Shown here piece by piece: positions 62,180 through 64,000 of a stretch of 64,000 bases of DNA (the stretch's first letter is position 1; each line of letters opens with the position of its first letter). The notes under the pieces are model-generated. The model made no database searches. It saw only the letters and a list, made by a program, of their open reading frames with translations, and had not been told where the DNA came from. The stretch is from contig CM082593.2 in assembly GCA_040954595.2 (NCBI GenBank), forward strand, positions 6,541,579-6,605,578, read 5' to 3'. The DNA comes from Balanoglossus misakiensis. Its lineage: Eukaryota > Animalia > Hemichordata. A program made the translations under genes and the position numbers.

Positions 62180-64000
62180 GTAGGTTTATCAAGCCCGAAA
62201 AAAAAACCAACGAGCGATCATCAGGCGGGCAATATGATAGCACAGGACACGCACCATACATTCCATCTTTAATTCCTTGGTATTTCATTGAAACATCGAA
62301 TCACCCATCTAAGGCGTAGAGATTGACTTGGCCCGAACGCTTTCGTCAAATAAATGCAAGAACACATTGAGACGGTACAGCTTTGACACAGCTGTGCGCT
62401 TAATTAAATTTCGCGTTTTATATTTCGGTGATTTCCACCCTAAAGTAGCCTGTTATTTAGGCATTCTGCTGTAAAGTAGACAGAAAGTGCAGTTGGTTTA
62501 TTCACTTTTATTCTAGCGGCATCGACAATTTTAGGCGACGCGACGAGATTTTTCCGAGACGGGTCCCTTTTTGTCCCCGTGCCCTTCAACTCCGGCAAGA
62601 GACAGACAGAGAGATATGTGCTAAAGGCTGCGCAAGTGAAAATTGGCCGTCGCCGCCGCACTTAATCATGAAATATAAGACCACAACCACACTTGAAGAA
62701 GTCGTTAGCAACAGTGGTTATTTTCCGCGATGTTTATCGTAACAGTGTGAGCGTCCGATGCGAGTCCTTTGTCGAAACCTAAAACGGTTGCGTAGCTGTC
62801 GGAGGCCCGAGTAAGCTGTCAAACCCATGGCGCACCGCGAGTGTATTTTTGCAGGCCACGTCGTATCAAGCATTTGTGTGCCGCGTTGTGATTTTAATTG
62901 TACAGTACGTGTGTGTGTGAGTGAGTGAGAGACTGAGGCTTACTGCATATCGACTCGGACACAGATGTTTTGTGCATGGCTGATTATCAATAGGATATGC
63001 AAATAGCACTGTGAGTATGGTTTCATTGAATGTGACTCGCCTCACATCTAAATCAATGTGCGAGTAGACGGATCAGATTCATCGCGAACGTGTCGTTCCG
63101 GGAACATTCTGGAAACATTCCTGCTGAAATCAGAGCCACCCTTATCGCCCTGACATAAAACAAATGTAATTTTTGCGACAGTTCAGCATCTGGAAGTCAG
63201 CGCTGGCTGTCTGTTTATTCTATAAAGAAAAAACTCTAGGGGAAAATTCCTGTTCTAAATTGCCGGCGTAAATTCTTTCCGCCCCCTTAAAACAGTGAGG
63301 CGCCCGAATGAAAAATTGATCGAGCCTTCTCACGTCGATCTGTATACGATTGACCTTGCTTTAGAGGTTGCTGTAATTTATAACCGAAACGGCAACACTG
63401 CGGTAGAAAGCCCGACCTTAACACTGATCCCACTGCGCATGCTCAGTACATAGGCCTCTTTGAACGTCCACTGGCACCTGTTCTTTGTCATTGATTGCAA
63501 AGTGCAATAAAATGACGCTGTCTTTGTGGACCTTACCATTAGTTGCCATGGTAATCACTACACACCAGCTGTCACGTCAAAGAAAATCTATTTGTTATGC
63601 AAATATTTTTTGTGGCGACGGCGACGTTATGGAAATTGCTTTTGGTAAAATTTGACCCCGTTTGAAGGAAAATCTCTCAATCTGTTGCCCCGCTAGTTTG
63701 CTCTCAAGCTAATTATTATGATACAACCCTTCTCAGCCAACTGGCAATCTATTCAGCGAGGTCGCTCTCCGTATTATGCGCCCAGGTTCCTTTCATTTCG
63801 CTAGATTCATCCGATCCGATCGATCGCCTCATTCAATGTATTCCGCTTGTAACATGTGTGTCTGCCTTAATAATTTTATTATAATTCCACATCATGGCTG
63901 GCATTTAATCACAGTAAAGCAAAACAGGCTTTGTCGAAATCGCAGAAAATCACTGATCTCTGCTGTTTGACGAGTTCACTTCGCACTAATCCTCGCAACG

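Noticed and set aside
61404-62288. Antisense ORFs (183, 190 and 110 aa) over ATOH8
   Set aside because: Shadows of the GC-rich ATOH8 exon with no recognisable motif.

Overview
Eukaryotic (metazoan) genomic DNA with GT-AG introns, long microsatellites and TTAA-flanked MITEs. The style suggests an invertebrate deuterostome (hemichordate, echinoderm or amphioxus-like), but that is inference only. Four protein-coding genes can be reconstructed by hand. (1) A 4-exon SLC32/VIAAT-like amino-acid transporter (+, 9159-31602, about 470 aa, two 9-11 kb introns). (2) An intronless atonal-family (ATOH1/7) proneural bHLH gene (-, 43207-43701, 164 aa). (3) A 9-exon PBLD/PhzF-like gene (+, 54388-59033, 312 aa). 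(4) An ATOH8/Net bHLH gene (+, from 61469, probably spliced after 62179). The main observation is the compact atonal-PBLD-ATOH8 block. It matches the vertebrate ATOH7-PBLD adjacency and additionally links ATOH8, suggesting an ancestral two-gene atonal-superfamily cluster or regulatory block. Other observations: a transporter with a non-VGAT-like substrate site and a sharp GC3 block in its last exon, an inverted pair of Kolobok/T2-like MITEs, repeated RFX X-box motifs, an orphan ETS/YY1 promoter at about 4.3 kb and an L2-like LINE 3' end. I saw no CRISPR array, rRNA, tRNA or prokaryotic system. Most ORFs in the supplied track are spurious.
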